Part shown: in pieces, positions 13,001-24,993 of the stretch
Position numbering within the stretch: the stretch's first letter is position 1
How the letters are laid out: each line of letters begins with the position of its first letter
DNA from: Takakia lepidozioides
Taxonomy: Eukaryota; Plantae; Bryophyta
Assembly: GCA_030704615.1 (NCBI GenBank)
Contig: CM060731.1
Span: 57,784,001 to 57,848,000, forward strand
Reading direction: 5' to 3'
Length of the DNA: 64,000 nt
The notes under the pieces: model-generated
What the model was told of the DNA's origin: nothing
Seen by the model: the letters and a program-made list of their open reading frames with translations, nothing else
Database searches by the model: none
Translations under genes and position numbers: made by a program

Positions 13001-16000
13001 GAAGGGCCAAACCCTTCGAAGTGTTAGGTAGCAGGTGGAATACAACCCCGTCTGATCACGCACTAGGAATGCGAGGGAATCCATCATGCCACAGTTGCAG
13101 GTACCCAAACATCGCCCATGTGGCATGCAAAACCATCCCTCTCGCACAGACACCCCTATCACTGAAAATATGTTGTTATTTACTAGGGCTTCAGGCCAAA
13201 GTTCTTGGTCCTTGAAGCGAAAGTGCTTGCTTCCCATGAACATGCAACAGTGCTTTAGATAAACCTCCAGATGTCCACGGAGCATCTGTGACCTTAATTG
13301 TAGTGGCAACCAAACCTGAACATCATTTTCATAATGCCACAACAGGCTAAGTGAGAAACAAACATACCTGGCGTTGCTGGAACTCATTGCCTATCTCTCC
13401 AGCCAGGTTCCTGAAAGCATCCACCATAGTTGCACCTTGAAAGTAAGATGCCAACATACACTCTACTGCAAAGAACAACTTCTGAGAGAGCTTGCACTCA
13501 GAAAGGAGTCTCTATGTTGGTGCAACCCATAGAAATGCTGAAAGGGACTCACCTACAATTAAATTTCAACTTATCTAGCACAAGTTGCAACTGGAGATGG
13601 AGTGAATGGGCACTCTCACCGCACATATTCATGGCCCCATGACCCTATGTCGCCAATCGACCCCTGCAATCTAAAGCGCAAGCTTTCCTGTGACAGAATG
13701 GCCACAAGTTAATATCATGTTCATAACTGCGAATGATTGTGAACACATTTTCTCGCTGAACCTATCTACCACTGGATTTGATTTCCCAAAATAAGTAAGT
13801 GATCCATTAACTGTTGATATTGGGTTGCTGTAAGAGTCACGGAATTCACCAGACCAATGTACTGTCCCAAGTCCATGTAGAAGCTTTTGTTTGATTGGTC
13901 ATAAAAACACTTGATGGAGGAGTGTTTGACTTGTGTAACTAAGATGTGAATTCTATTCAGGAAAAAACCGACTTACACAAATTGATACAAAATTCAAACA
14001 TCCATGAGACCATCAGAGGACTATGTTGCAACTTCAATTTAAGAATCGTGATGGATATATCCATGTGAGAACCTAGTAAACCCTGATTTCATAATTTGAG
14101 ATGTAACCAGAGTTTAAAAGATAGCCTCATCCAACATAAAGAAGAGCACAGAAGATGTAGACAACATCACGACAAAACAACAATGAAAAGAATGTACTCA
14201 TAAGACGTTGTTTGCCGTAGCCTTGTGGCCATTGACCCCGCGCCCAGTTTGAGCAGAAACCAAAGGGACAGAACCTACCTCCGTCAGGGGCTGACATTGG
14301 TAGTAAGACTTACCTTTATAAATAGAATTAATTCGGGTTTTCCAGATATCCTCTAGAAATCCCTTCACACAAGCATCAATCCGCTGTGTGTGATTCGCCC
14401 AAAAACTAGGCCTCAGAAGGGCCTGGGCTTTTGGCTCAGCCTCGAGACTTTCAAAGTTGGTAAACAGAGGTACAGGCACAATTCTCTTGATAGATTGGAG
14501 GAGAGCTTCTCTCTGGTGAGAGTACCCCGGACAGTGAATCAGAAAATGAATATTGTCTTCGGGTTGCCCACACACTTCAGTCTGGTGCCGAGAGTGGGTA
14601 GACCCTTGAGGTCATCCATGATATCCTCCCCCATGTCACAGACTGGAAACAGGTTCAGGGAAGTTTTCTGCCTAACTTCATTTGCATCAGACAATTTGCT
14701 GGTAACAGACATGGCTTTGGACACTACAGTCTCTAAGTCAGATTTATCCAGCAAGGTCAAGACTTGCGGGTCCAGATTCAGATCCTTGAGAATCTCTTCT
14801 ACTCTCTTCTGCCAGGACTTAGCCTGTTTGACAGGGTGGTCCTGTTTCCAAGATATAGAGTCAATTAACTTAGGGTATCTGGTGTTGGACATGTGTTGCA
14901 ACTGACCCCACCATCTGACCTTGAATTCATCTCGTCGGGAGCTTAAGGAAGGGATGCTAAACTCACCCCGAAAAGCGACCAAGAAAACTACAAGCCCTTG
15001 GCTGTTTTGGAGCATGCTGACATGCACTCCTTAAGCACCCCCTTGAATGGATTCTAGAGACTTAGCCTGGTTGGAGTTATCAACCCATATAGCAGCAGAT
15101 CCGTAGTCCAAGGCAGGTCTAATAACGCGGCAAAGTAAGGTTTTCTTGACCTCAGAGTTAATCCCTCTGCAGTGAAAAAATTTAGTGAGACTCAGCGCTT
15201 TGCCCTTGCCAGCTTGAACAACTTTCTGGATGTGTCCATCCCAGTTACAGTTGGAGGAAAACTCAACGCTCAGGTATGTGTAGGAAGGGAGGACTGGGAT
15301 CTCTTGGCTACCCCACTGCCACTTAAGATCACTTCCTCCCTCTCCTCTGTTGTTGAATGCCACCACTGCACATTTACTGACATTAGCCTCTAGCCCCCAA
15401 AGATCAAAGTATCTCTTCGCGCAATCAATCAATTCCTGGAGGTTGGAAGGAGTCTCCCCTATGCCTGCGAAGTCATCCGCAAACATAAGGGCTGGAATGG
15501 TGGTATCACCCACCCTTAACCCAAATCCCTCACGTTCCACAAGAGCAGAGGGGAGAGCGTACATCCTTGAGCTACACCTTGGTCTATGTCAAAGAAGTTA
15601 GACTTCTGTCCATTAACAGTGACACAGCTTTTGGTGTGGGCATACAAGTTATGGACAACTCTCCACATTTTTCCCTTGATTCCGCAAGACCAGAGGCAGA
15701 GCCATAGACCATCTCTCCACACTGTGTCATAAGCCTTTTTGACATCCAAGAAAAAAACATAAGTGGGTTTCCCTTCTTTTTTCCTTCCCTGGATAATCTG
15801 GCTTAGAGTGAAGATATGGTCCACACAGCCCCTGTTTCGCCGAAAGCCAGCTTGGCCTTCGTGAAAACAACCTCTAGATTCCAGATCAACCTCGAGACGA
15901 GTACTCATAACTCTGCAAAATATCTTGCCAACAGCATTGAGGAGCGTGATGCCACGATAGTTCCCCAGGTCTTCTCTGTCACCCTTCTTATATAGATTGA

Positions 16001-18260
16001 CAATGACCCCCTGTCGCCAGCGAAAGGGGATCATTTCGGTCTTCCAGATAAGATTAAAGAGGAGAACTAGGGCCTCTATCGTGGGATCGCCACCGTGCTT
16101 GACAAGCTTGTTGACTATGCCATCAGGACCACCTGCTTTATATCCATTTAGATGTTCAATTGCTTCCACAATCTCAGAAGAACTAATGGGAGCGTTGTAG
16201 GCTTTTGAAATATACTCCAGTTCATCAGGGCTGTTTTGAATCATAGGAACAGTTTTACCAACTGTGTCCTTCCATTCATCAGAGGACCCCTCACTGTTAG
16301 ACCTAGAAGTTCTGCCAAGGATACTGTAGTGGGTTTCAAAGGTTTTGACAATGTCAACCGATGAAGTTACCACTGCACCCTTAGTAGTCTTCAGCGCTTG
16401 TACTTGCTGACAGCTTTTTGGCTTGTACAAGCGTTGAAGGGCCAACCAGAATCTCTTGTCATTACCACCATGGTGGTTTGAGTTTATTTCACTGTATAAC
16501 TTGTTCCAGTATAATTTCTTCTGAGCCCTTACAAGCAGATTGATATCTTTACGGATCTGGTAGCACCTCGCCTTTGTTGGTTTTCAAATTGCAGCACTCT
16601 TTATAAAGGACTCGTCTCTCAGCTATCTTGAGTTTAATCTCATTGGTCCACCAATTAACAGCTCTACCACAGACAATTAGTTTCCTCCCAATGATCTTGT
16701 CAGCTGCAGAGGAGACGAAACTCTCCCAAGAATCCACTGCTCTTTCGACTTCATTTCTTGCATTGTCTGCTCAAGACTGAAGGTCTTGGAGCGAATGGAC
16801 AAAATGAGGAAGGGCCTCTTGCAAGGCCTGGACATACTCAGCCTTGACCTCTTCATTATGGAATTTTTCTATGGGCCACTTCCAAATCGAACGTTTCACA
16901 GATCTCTTGGTGTTGGGAAAACACCTTTTGATCTCAGTCCAAACCAGGAAGTGGTCAAAGAAACAATGACAAAAACAATCGAACGCGAAAAGAATCCACC
17001 ATAAAATATACAGAAAGATGTGATTCTTCAACATACTCTGTCCCCTTCCTCAGACATGGTCAGAGCAAGCACTGAGATGACATCTGCAAGGTATTTCTGT
17101 CACACACACACAGAGACTTGTGTCAACTTTCCACCTGACATATCCTTCAACAAAGTACCAGCAGCTGATTAGCACCTTCAGTGGCTTCAAAGTACACCGA
17201 CAACAAAGAAGAAAAAGACAAGCTAATACTCAAATAACTTATGATGTCCCTCTGACAATTAGGTTACTCTTTTCACAATCCCTTGCAGTACAACCATGTC
17301 CATTTATTTTATGCCCAAACTAAGGACTTGAAGCTCTCAATCAGGTGAGACAATGCACCTGCTACCTCCCAACAAAGCCCATGACTGAATTCAAACCCAC
17401 GACCACTTAATGTGATACAGACACAACCATTTGGTTATGTGTTGGAGGCTGGCAGGTGAGTAGTAAAAATGTCTCCGAGGTTTGTCTTTAACATACCCTA
17501 AGTTCCGTCTCCTCCATGGTCTCGTAAAAAGCCTTCAATGTAGGGTAGTGCGGTCTCAGGAACTTCAACGGCTTTGGTACTGACGTCATCGAGCTTGTGG
17601 CTGTTCTGATTTCTTGCCTGCATAATGCTCCAGACCAGAGACAACCACAGTTATTCTCCACAGAGCATTCAAATGTGGAAAATCGTGTCAGAAAGGAAGA
17701 AACTAGTCACATTGGAATCTCATGTTCTGAAATTGCTGTCTGCTGAATCTGCAATTAACTCCAACAGCTGGGAATCTCATGGGCTCTAGAAGCGAGAGAA
17801 ATGTGCAAGAGACTTGTGTACACCACTCCCTTGCCAGCCTGTTAGGGTTTGGCAGACTTCCCACAGAAACCCTAGTAAATCCACAACACTCGACTCATTG
17901 AGAGTTTATGGGAGAAAAAGTGCCACAAGGTCTAATCTGTTTGTGTAAGCAACAGTGCGGCAAAGGAAGGATTCAAGCTTGGAGTCCATGATGAAAGGCT
18001 TAGGTTCTGCGTACAAACCTCATAGCTTCAAGCGCCATCTTCTGAACTCCAGGGTCTCGATCCTGGACTCTCTCCACATAGAGCTCCAACTGCAGTTTCA
18101 AAGCAAGGTCCTCCGCTGGGAGCCCTTCCACCAAGTCCTTGTCCTTTTTATCATCTTTCTTCTTTTTAGCATCCTTGGCCGCAGGCTTGGCGGGCGGCGG
18201 CTGGGCGTCAAGGTCCATGCGCTCAGGCAAAGCTCCATTATCCTTGGGATCGGGAGCCAT
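1067..18260 (-). CDS. RPN1: 26S proteasome non-ATPase regulatory subunit 2 (RPN1/PSMD2), 24 coding exons
   Basis: Exons read with GT-AG sites and consistent phase: 18019-18260, 17497-17617, 17037-17096, 13620-13687, 13368-13410, 12583-12648, 12343-12381, 12049-12131, 11622-11736, 11167-11241, 10558-10716, 10161-10268, 9614-9721, 9269-9409, 8389-8493, 7264-7485, 6918-7031, 6467-6682, 3833-3892, 3254-3367, 2478-2563, 1820-1928, 1324-1502, 1067-1151. Diagnostic peptides: [113 protein letters not shown]. Confidence 0.97.
4174..6133 (-). mobile_element. 5'-truncated non-LTR retrotransposon (LINE family A, RTE/RTEX-like) in RPN1 intron 18
   Basis: RT motifs ([42 protein letters not shown]) and C-terminal CPLC..HFLIHC; frameshifted; candidate TSD CAAAGAGA at 4166-4173 and 6134-6141. 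Confidence 0.93.
6137..6162. repeat. (AG)13 microsatellite at the 5' junction of the LINE A copy
   Basis: direct reading. Confidence 0.95.
7870..8052 (+). mobile_element. old diverged 3' end of LINE family A in RPN1 intron 15
   Basis: Translation [39 protein letters not shown] aligns with [39 protein letters not shown] of the 14.2 kb copy; 5' boundary approximate. Confidence 0.8.
11950..11985 (-). mobile_element. 36-bp 3' tail of LINE family B in RPN1 intron 8
   Basis: tgaaatgaaatgaaatggtactttataacgtccgc matches the tail at ~49875-49900; perfect 14-bp TSD GGACAGACAGAAGA at 11936-11949 and 11986-11999. Confidence 0.85.
14194..16986 (-). mobile_element. 5'-truncated LINE family A copy in RPN1 intron 3
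   Basis: Begins at the end of an APE endonuclease (DHFLVWTEI), then RT (LMFADD) and HFLIHC; TSD GAAAAGAAT at 14185-14193 and 16987-16995; closely similar to the 4174-6133 copy. Confidence 0.94.
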
Positions 18261-18695
18261 TGTTGCACCAAGAGATGTGAAGGAAGAACGGGAGAAGAGG
18301 GACAATAGGATGGATGCAGCGCAAGGGAGGAGCGTCAGAACCCCACACGCAGGTACACCGTCTTGTCCACACTACGGTAGTGTGTTGATGCCTCCTCCCT
18401 AAAAGAGACCAGGACTCGATTGTATTCTCCCAATGTACCTTCCCCACTTAATACCTATCTATCAACATTATACCTCCCCAATCAATTTCAGTTTACTCAT
18501 TTTCACTATTCTCTAGATTCTCATTCCCCTATTTTTTACCAAGTCATTTGTAACTTGGTGAGTGCTATAATTTTATTGGCCCACTACACAAAGGGTTTTG
18601 CATGATGCTTAGCACCAATACTTGGGATTAAGTTTCGAATTAGATCCAAATAGGTGTAATGGGACTATTTCATCCGCCTCTCATTTTACAATAAT

Positions 18696-18850
18696 AGGGT
18701 CATGACGGTGGGCCCCTCGTCCGGACGAGGGGCACCCCCCCTCCGCGCCGCTACCCCCGGCTGCCCCTCCCGGGCTCCGTCCACCGGCCTGTCCGCTGCG
18801 GCCGGTCTGCTGGGTCTAGTCCACTCCCTCTAGTCCGCCCGCCCGCAAGA
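18696..18850. other. GC-rich putative element terminus with a perfect 22-bp palindrome
   Basis: GCCCCTCGTCCGGACGAGGGGC at 18712-18733; abrupt AT-to-GC transition ~440 bp upstream of the RPN1 ATG; element identity unknown. Confidence 0.4.
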
Positions 18851-21269
18851 TCTGGGCCGTCCACAACGAATCCCATTGCAGCCCTCCAATTTAGGGCCTT
18901 ATCTCGCCATTGCCATCAAGATGTCGCTCTTTGTTATACGTAATTGCGGTGCGTACGGGCAGTAGTCGTTGCCTGGTATTCGTGTCTTTGTGTTTTCGTG
19001 ACATTTTGTCATGATGTAGAAGGGCAGGAGAGGAGTCGGAGCCCTACAGCCACCATCATACATATGCTTCCATTATTTTCGTCATTTTTTTGCCGTTTTT
19101 GCGTACATGTAATGCGTTTTGCCCGCTTGGTTTGGCTTCTGTCCGGTCATCGCAAAATGGCCAATGTGTTGTTAGGGTTTATTCCAATGGGCCGACCGAT
19201 TACAAGCCTGCCTAAAGATGACCTTAGTTTACATTTGGGATATGGTGTCGTTCAATTTTATAATTATTCATGTTGAGGTAATCGCATCCGTCCATCAGAT
19301 CACCTCCTCAGTCTGGAACGGTAACATGGATAAGATAATAGCGAAAATTGCCAAAGCATATGCACATGAGGGCGTGTAAAAACATTGCAAATTCCATATC
19401 CAGCCATGAACTGTTATGTGTGTCATGGGCAGAGTTATTGTCAGTCTGTCAATTGTGTCTGCTGGGTTGTGTTAGCCTGAGACTCGTGAACTATCTCACA
19501 TCTGCAGAATGGGTCTCCCTGTAAAAAAATCGGGTTCGACAGCCAATACTTGTCGGCCTGGATACCCATATGTCTGTTGCTTCGTTAGTCTTGCTTCGTT
19601 GGTGTGGTAATCGGAGCATCTTCGGGAGGTTGTGTCCTCACATCGGCCTGGAATATGTTCGCGAGTCTGTTGCGATGTTAGTCTGTCCTGACAACGGTCT
19701 TGCGGCGTTTGTGTACGCTGGTCTGTTGTGAGAAATTGTGAAACCATGGTGCCGCGTCGAAAAATTGGCGTTATACCCTTCCGTCTGCCAGTCTGTTGTC
19801 CTGCCAGTCTTTTCAGCTGGTCTGTTGTCTCTGTCGCACCGTCAGTCTAGTCTGCCTGCAGCTTGGTACAGAGGGTGACGGAACAATGACCATGTCGACC
19901 TGTCAGTCTGTCGACCTGCCAGTTTGTCTGTTGTGTATAGTCTGTTTCGTCATCAGTTTGTTGCAGTCGGGTGGACCTGCTTAGTGGATTACGTGTTGGT
20001 CTGCTCAAATCGGTCTACTGATTCTAGTCTGCTTGACTCTGTCTTCTATTCACTCGGTTTGTTGTGCACTGGGTAGACCTAATAAATGCAACGGCGGCGG
20101 TGGCGGCGTCAATCATGATGCGTCACGTCGTGCCGTGGGTGTACTACATTTCCGCTCCCGGGTCAGCTTGAACTTCAACTTCGTTGTCATGGTTTTGTTT
20201 GTGATTAGTTAGAAATAGTTATTTCTAACTAATTATGACATTATACATTTATATTTGTATTTTGTTGGCATTGGGACTTCATTTGGTTCCATGTGCCAAG
20301 TGAGGTGGCGAACCTCACTTGGGACGTGGGGAGGTTATCTCCACGTAAGACGTAGGCAGGCTCGTCCAGTCGAACCTCTCTGCCTCTCTCGCCGCCATAG
20401 CTCTAGTTCTTGAGATGGAGAGTGGGTGAGGTCTGTATGGTGGAGTCATTTAGCAAAGGTGCCATTGGCTTGACTTATATAACGTGATAGAGTGGTTTCT
20501 CCTCTTTTCATCATTTCCGTATCACTAGAAAAAGACATGCTTACATCTATGAGTGCAAGGTGTTAGCATAGTTAGCACTTGTGTGTGGAAGAGAGCTTGA
20601 TAGATAGCTCTTAAGATACAAGGTGTTGCAGGGTTTGCAAGAAGAAAGCCTTGTGGTGTTTATGTACAAGAGGAGGTCTTCAAGGAGAGCCCCATTGAAA
20701 AGTTTAAGAGCTTGTGAAGAAGCTCTTATTCTGCAAGTGTTGCAGGTTTTGAGGAGTTTAAGAAGAGTTCGGGTGTTAAGGAAGCAAGCGGTGCATGTGT
20801 GGAGCATAATTTCAGCTTGTGGGAGTCTTCAACTTCAAGCTTAGGAGAGCTATGAGTGGAGGTAGACATCTGATTTCTCTTTGGGGCAGAATAGTGTATT
20901 TGTAGAGCATGCTTTGAGTTGGGGTTTCAATCCCAAGCTTGGGAAGAGCATGTCTATGGAAGTGGCAAGTGCAGGGCTGGATTAGGAGCTTTAAGAGGTG
21001 CACTATGGCTATGGGATGAAGCACTATGAGTGCATGCGATAGCTAGAAAAGGGTATGCCATAGAAAGCTCAATAGCTTGTTCTATGCTTGTTTCAATAAG
21101 TTCTATAGAAAAAAAGAGCTTGTTGTGTGGCAAATAGCTTGCTCAGGGAGTTAGAAGCGCTCTTGGTGGTCTATTGATGCTCAAGAAACCAAGAACAGCA
21201 CCTCTGGTTGCTCCATAGAAGCCATAGCTCGTTGCAGCAATCGTAGAGGCAAAGCAGCGTAAACCCTAG

Positions 21270-21360
21270 CTTGGGAACGCTTGGGAACGCTTGGGAACTC
21301 AAAAGAACACGTGAGAACGCTTGGGAACTCGTGGGAACGCATGGGAACGCGTGGGAACAT
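21270..21360. repeat. 10-bp tandem repeat (TTGGGAACGC-like)
   Basis: several near-perfect copies of (c/g)ttgggaacgc. Confidence 0.85.
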
Positions 21361-21394
21361 TGTCCCAGAGTTGGGAGCACCACCATTGTCCAAT

Positions 21395-21848
21395 CGGATG
21401 AACTATTGAGCCAGTGGATGACAATTGGCGCTCTTGGATGAGAATCGGTTGCAGTGGATGAAACTACACCAGCGGATGAACTATCGTGCTATTGGATGAA
21501 ACTGCGTCAGCGGATGAACTATCGCGCTATTGGATGAAAAATCGCGGCAACGGATGAAACTGCGTCAGCGGATGAAATCGTGGCAGCGGATGAACTATTG
21601 CGCTATCGGATGAAAAGTCGCGGCGACGGATGAAACTGCATCAGCGGATGAAATCGTGGCAGCGGATGAACTATCGTGCCATCGGATGAAAAATTGCGGC
21701 AACGGATGAAACTGCGCCAGCGGATGAAATCGCGCCAGTGGATGAAATATCGCACCGACGGATGAACTATCGTGGTTGATGAAGTATCGGGACCTGCGGA
21801 TGAGATATCGCGGTTTTGAATGAAATTTGGTCAGTGACGGATGAAAAA
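21395..21848. repeat. 18-20 bp GGATGAA-core minisatellite with higher-order structure
   Basis: roughly 24 GGATGAA-like cores spaced 18-20 bp apart; spacer types recur with a period of ~76 bp. Confidence 0.9.
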
Positions 21849-21869
21849 TCGACTGACTGTGGATATTTT

Positions 21870-22500
21870 TGGAGCCTTTTGGGGGCTTGTTTGAGGACTA
21901 TTTGGGGCTATTGAGGCCAATATCTTGCAGGTATTGGGGCCTGCTTTGAGGACTATTTGGGGTCTATTGAGGCCAATATCTTGCAGGTATTGGGCTTGCT
22001 TGAGGACTGTTTGGGGTCTATTGAGGCCAATATTTTGCAGGTATTGGGGCCTGCTTGAGGACTATTTGGAGTCTATTGAAGCCAATATCTTGCAGGTTTG
22101 TGGAGCCTGCTTGGGGCTGTTTGAAGGACTATTTGAGGTCCTTCGAGGCCAATGTTTTGCAGGCATGTGGAGCCTTGTGAGGGCTGGTTGGAGGACGATT
22201 GGAGGTCCTTGGAGGTCCATATTGGGCAGACTTATGGAACTTTCTAAGAGCTCTTTGGGGGACTATTGGAGGTCCTTGGAGGCCAATACTTGGCAGATTT
22301 GAGGAGTTTTTTAAGGGCTGTTGGAGGACTGTTGGAGGTCCTTGGAGGCCAATACTTGGCAGATTTGTGGAGCTTCTTAAGGGCTGTTTGGAAGACTATT
22401 GGAGGTCCTTGGAGGCCATATTGGGCAGGCTTGTGGAGCCATTGTGAGGGCTGGTTGGAGACCTTGGAGGCCATTAATTGGCGGGCGCCTAGGACCTTTC
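21870..22500. repeat. tandem array of ~56-70 bp units (GAGGACTATT...GAGGCCAATA..TTG)
   Basis: shorter units at 21890-22130 grade into ~69-bp units at 22190-22470. Confidence 0.88.
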
Positions 22501-23041
22501 GGTGGACTGTTTGGAGTCCAAGTTTGCGAACTTCTTGAACCTCGGTGGGTCTATGTGAGGGGCTGATTGAGGGCTGATTTCAGAAGTTCATGGCAATAAT
22601 TTGAGGGCTCTTGAGAGTTATTTGAGAGGTCATTTAAGGATAGTCTTATCTATTGCTTGAGCAGGAGTGAGTATGAAGATAAGGGGAGTAATGGGATGAG
22701 AGCATTCTGGGCTTAGAGATTTTTTTAGCTTCCATTCTCTATAGTCTTCCATCATTCTTGTAGGCCAAAGCTTTTCCGTAAGCGGAGGCAGAGCTAGTTT
22801 GGATAGAGACTTGGTCATCTTGCAGGTTTATTGAAGCCGTAAGGAGATCGATGGATTTAAGCTGTGGGAGGTGTTGTTGTTTGAGTTTCCTGTGTTTGGA
22901 TCCTCCTCCCACACATGCATGCTTGACTGTGCGCCATGCTAGTTTGGTTTGGGCGCTTGTTTTTATAGGTGGTTGTGCCGGAAATATTGTGGCCGGTCAA
23001 TCCTAGAGCGTGCTGTCACTACTATGGTCTGCTGGTCATCA

Positions 23042-23921
23042 ACCCAGCCTCACCATAAGATAAACAATGATGGTCTGCAGGTCATCACCCCAGCCTCGGA
23101 AGAGTTTATCATACTCAGGATCAACGTACAGGTGAGCATCCTCATCAAATTCATTGTCTCCGGAATCGTCGAGATCATCGTCATGATCGGCAAATGTGTG
23201 ATCGGTTCCACCATGAATGGGGTCCTTTTTGTTTGCATCTGCAAAGAGAAACGCTTCTTGCAATGCACGCTGCATTTCTACCTCCAATTCATCACTCTCA
23301 TCTGCATTCTCTGTGACATTGGGCTCCCGCTGTGCCGCAGGGCCTTCGTCTTCATCATCTGAATATTCACATCCCTGCATCCCAATAGTCATCTTGTGAG
23401 TGGACCAACAACGATGTGACACTTGTTCATATTATGACATAGGAGGCACGGTGACGTTGCAGTGATGCAGTCATATTTACGTATGTATCTTATGAATATA
23501 CACCCAATCAAAACACGACATTTGTAACCATTGAAGTCATAGTTGCAGTCACTTACTTAGTCATATATGACTACATTACTACACATAACCAATGAAAACA
23601 CGACATGCGCATTAATTAAAGTGATAACGGAAGTGGCGTAGTCATAGTCACGTCTCTATCTTATGACTTCTTGACTACAATCACCCAACGAAATGTCAAC
23701 ATGTGGAGAAGATGATCGTTGCATTCAAAATTCAAACTAAAGTGCTGAAGGGAAAGTGGCGATCTTACCGGAAGAGAACAGCGTTGGAGAAGAAGATCCC
23801 TCCCGTGTATCATGTAATGATTCCTCACTGTTTCCAACAACAGTACTTTTCCTCCATGACACTCATCGCAGTTGCATAGCATTTTTGTATGCCCATTCCT
23901 TGTGGCATAAGCTTCTTCCAT
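23042..23921 (-). pseudogene. N-terminal fragment of CACTA TnpD-like transposase
   Basis: Transposase-associated Zn motif LCNCDEC...VRNHYMIHG, then a probable intron, then an acidic segment ending ..DPEYDKLFRGWG..YLMVRLG; catalytic domain absent. Confidence 0.7.
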
Positions 23922-24274
23922 TCGTCATAGACGGTCATCTATTCTACGCCTACGCATCCGTTCGCGCACTGCACTACATGCTTTGAACGTCACCCCTTCC
24001 CTCTTTGCATGCTACGCACAGTGCATTGTCTCTAGTTTTGCACCAGCTGCCAATGTGCTATTTCTATATCTATAGTATACTATAAGTATCGTTTCTGAGT
24101 GTCCATGGTGAAGCGGAAGGTCTTCGAAGTGACAGTCCCTCTCACTGAGTACGAGAAGTTCCGAGAGCGCCGGATTGCTATCATAAATGAGGTGGAAGCA
24201 ACGTTCAAGCAGTCGATAGATGGGTGAGTTTAGTTCCTGACTTTGGATACCCACCAAACTAAACTTGCGATTCG

Positions 24275-24993
24275 TGTCGCGCACCTCACTTCGGTAAGCT
24301 CCCCTTCAAGTCATAGCCGATGCGCGCGCCTGACTCCCAACTTGGCCGCCTGGGCCAACTTGGAGCTTCGGCTACTCACCGGGACATAACGGTCCCCCCT
24401 TCGCTTCCCACTAAACCCTCCACCTATTTGGGCCTAGGAGAATTCCCTTTGGTAGATGGCAGTCCGGAACAGCTCCCCACTCTTTGGTCGCTTTCCGGCT
24501 CGCTCGCTTACTCACTAGTTTTTGGTCACCAATGGGCTTGCACCGTTCTCGGGGTCACTACTCCCCTTATATACTTCTGTAGCTGTCCCGCGGGGTTTTC
24601 ACAACCAGCCATGCCATTTTATGGCGAACCACCACGAAAACCCTCGACTCCCGGTGATGAGTCGCGGTGAGTCTTGGCCCACTCACCACGGCCCCTCTGG
24701 ACCGTGATGAGTCCCAAGACTCCCCACGACTCCCACCACGAGGTCTCCGCCCCCATGGTGAGTCCTATGCCACCCCCACTAAGTCCCGCTAAGCTACCAC
24801 CACCCCTTGTGGAGCCACCCCCACCGCAACCCGGTGTGCGGGGCTCCACCTAGTGAGCGCCTCCGCCTCCTTGAGTGCCTTGGGCACTCAAGGGTGCTTC
24901 AGCCCCCCATACCTATCGCTGCCGCTGCCCCCACCACAGGGGCAGCCCCTCATGTGTCCCGACCCCCTGCCCTCAAGGCAAAGGGCCGCGACA
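24275..24993 (-). repeat. 3' LTR of chromovirus
   Basis: TGTCGCG...CGCGACA termini; near-identical to 30043-30770. Confidence 0.95.

Noticed and set aside
20523-20540. CACTAGAAAA as the left TIR of the CACTA element
   Set aside because: Does not match CACTACAACAG beyond 5 bp, the 3-bp flanks differ (TAT versus TTT), and there are no AGTCATA subterminal repeats
21395-21848. CRISPR-like repeat-spacer pattern
   Set aside because: The constant part is only ~7 bp, the spacers are 11-13 bp and themselves repeat, there are no cas genes, and the context is eukaryotic
21925-22538. ORFs in the tandem arrays, and likewise the GC-rich ORFs at 62487-63009
   Set aside because: Products of repeats or base composition with no recognisable domain
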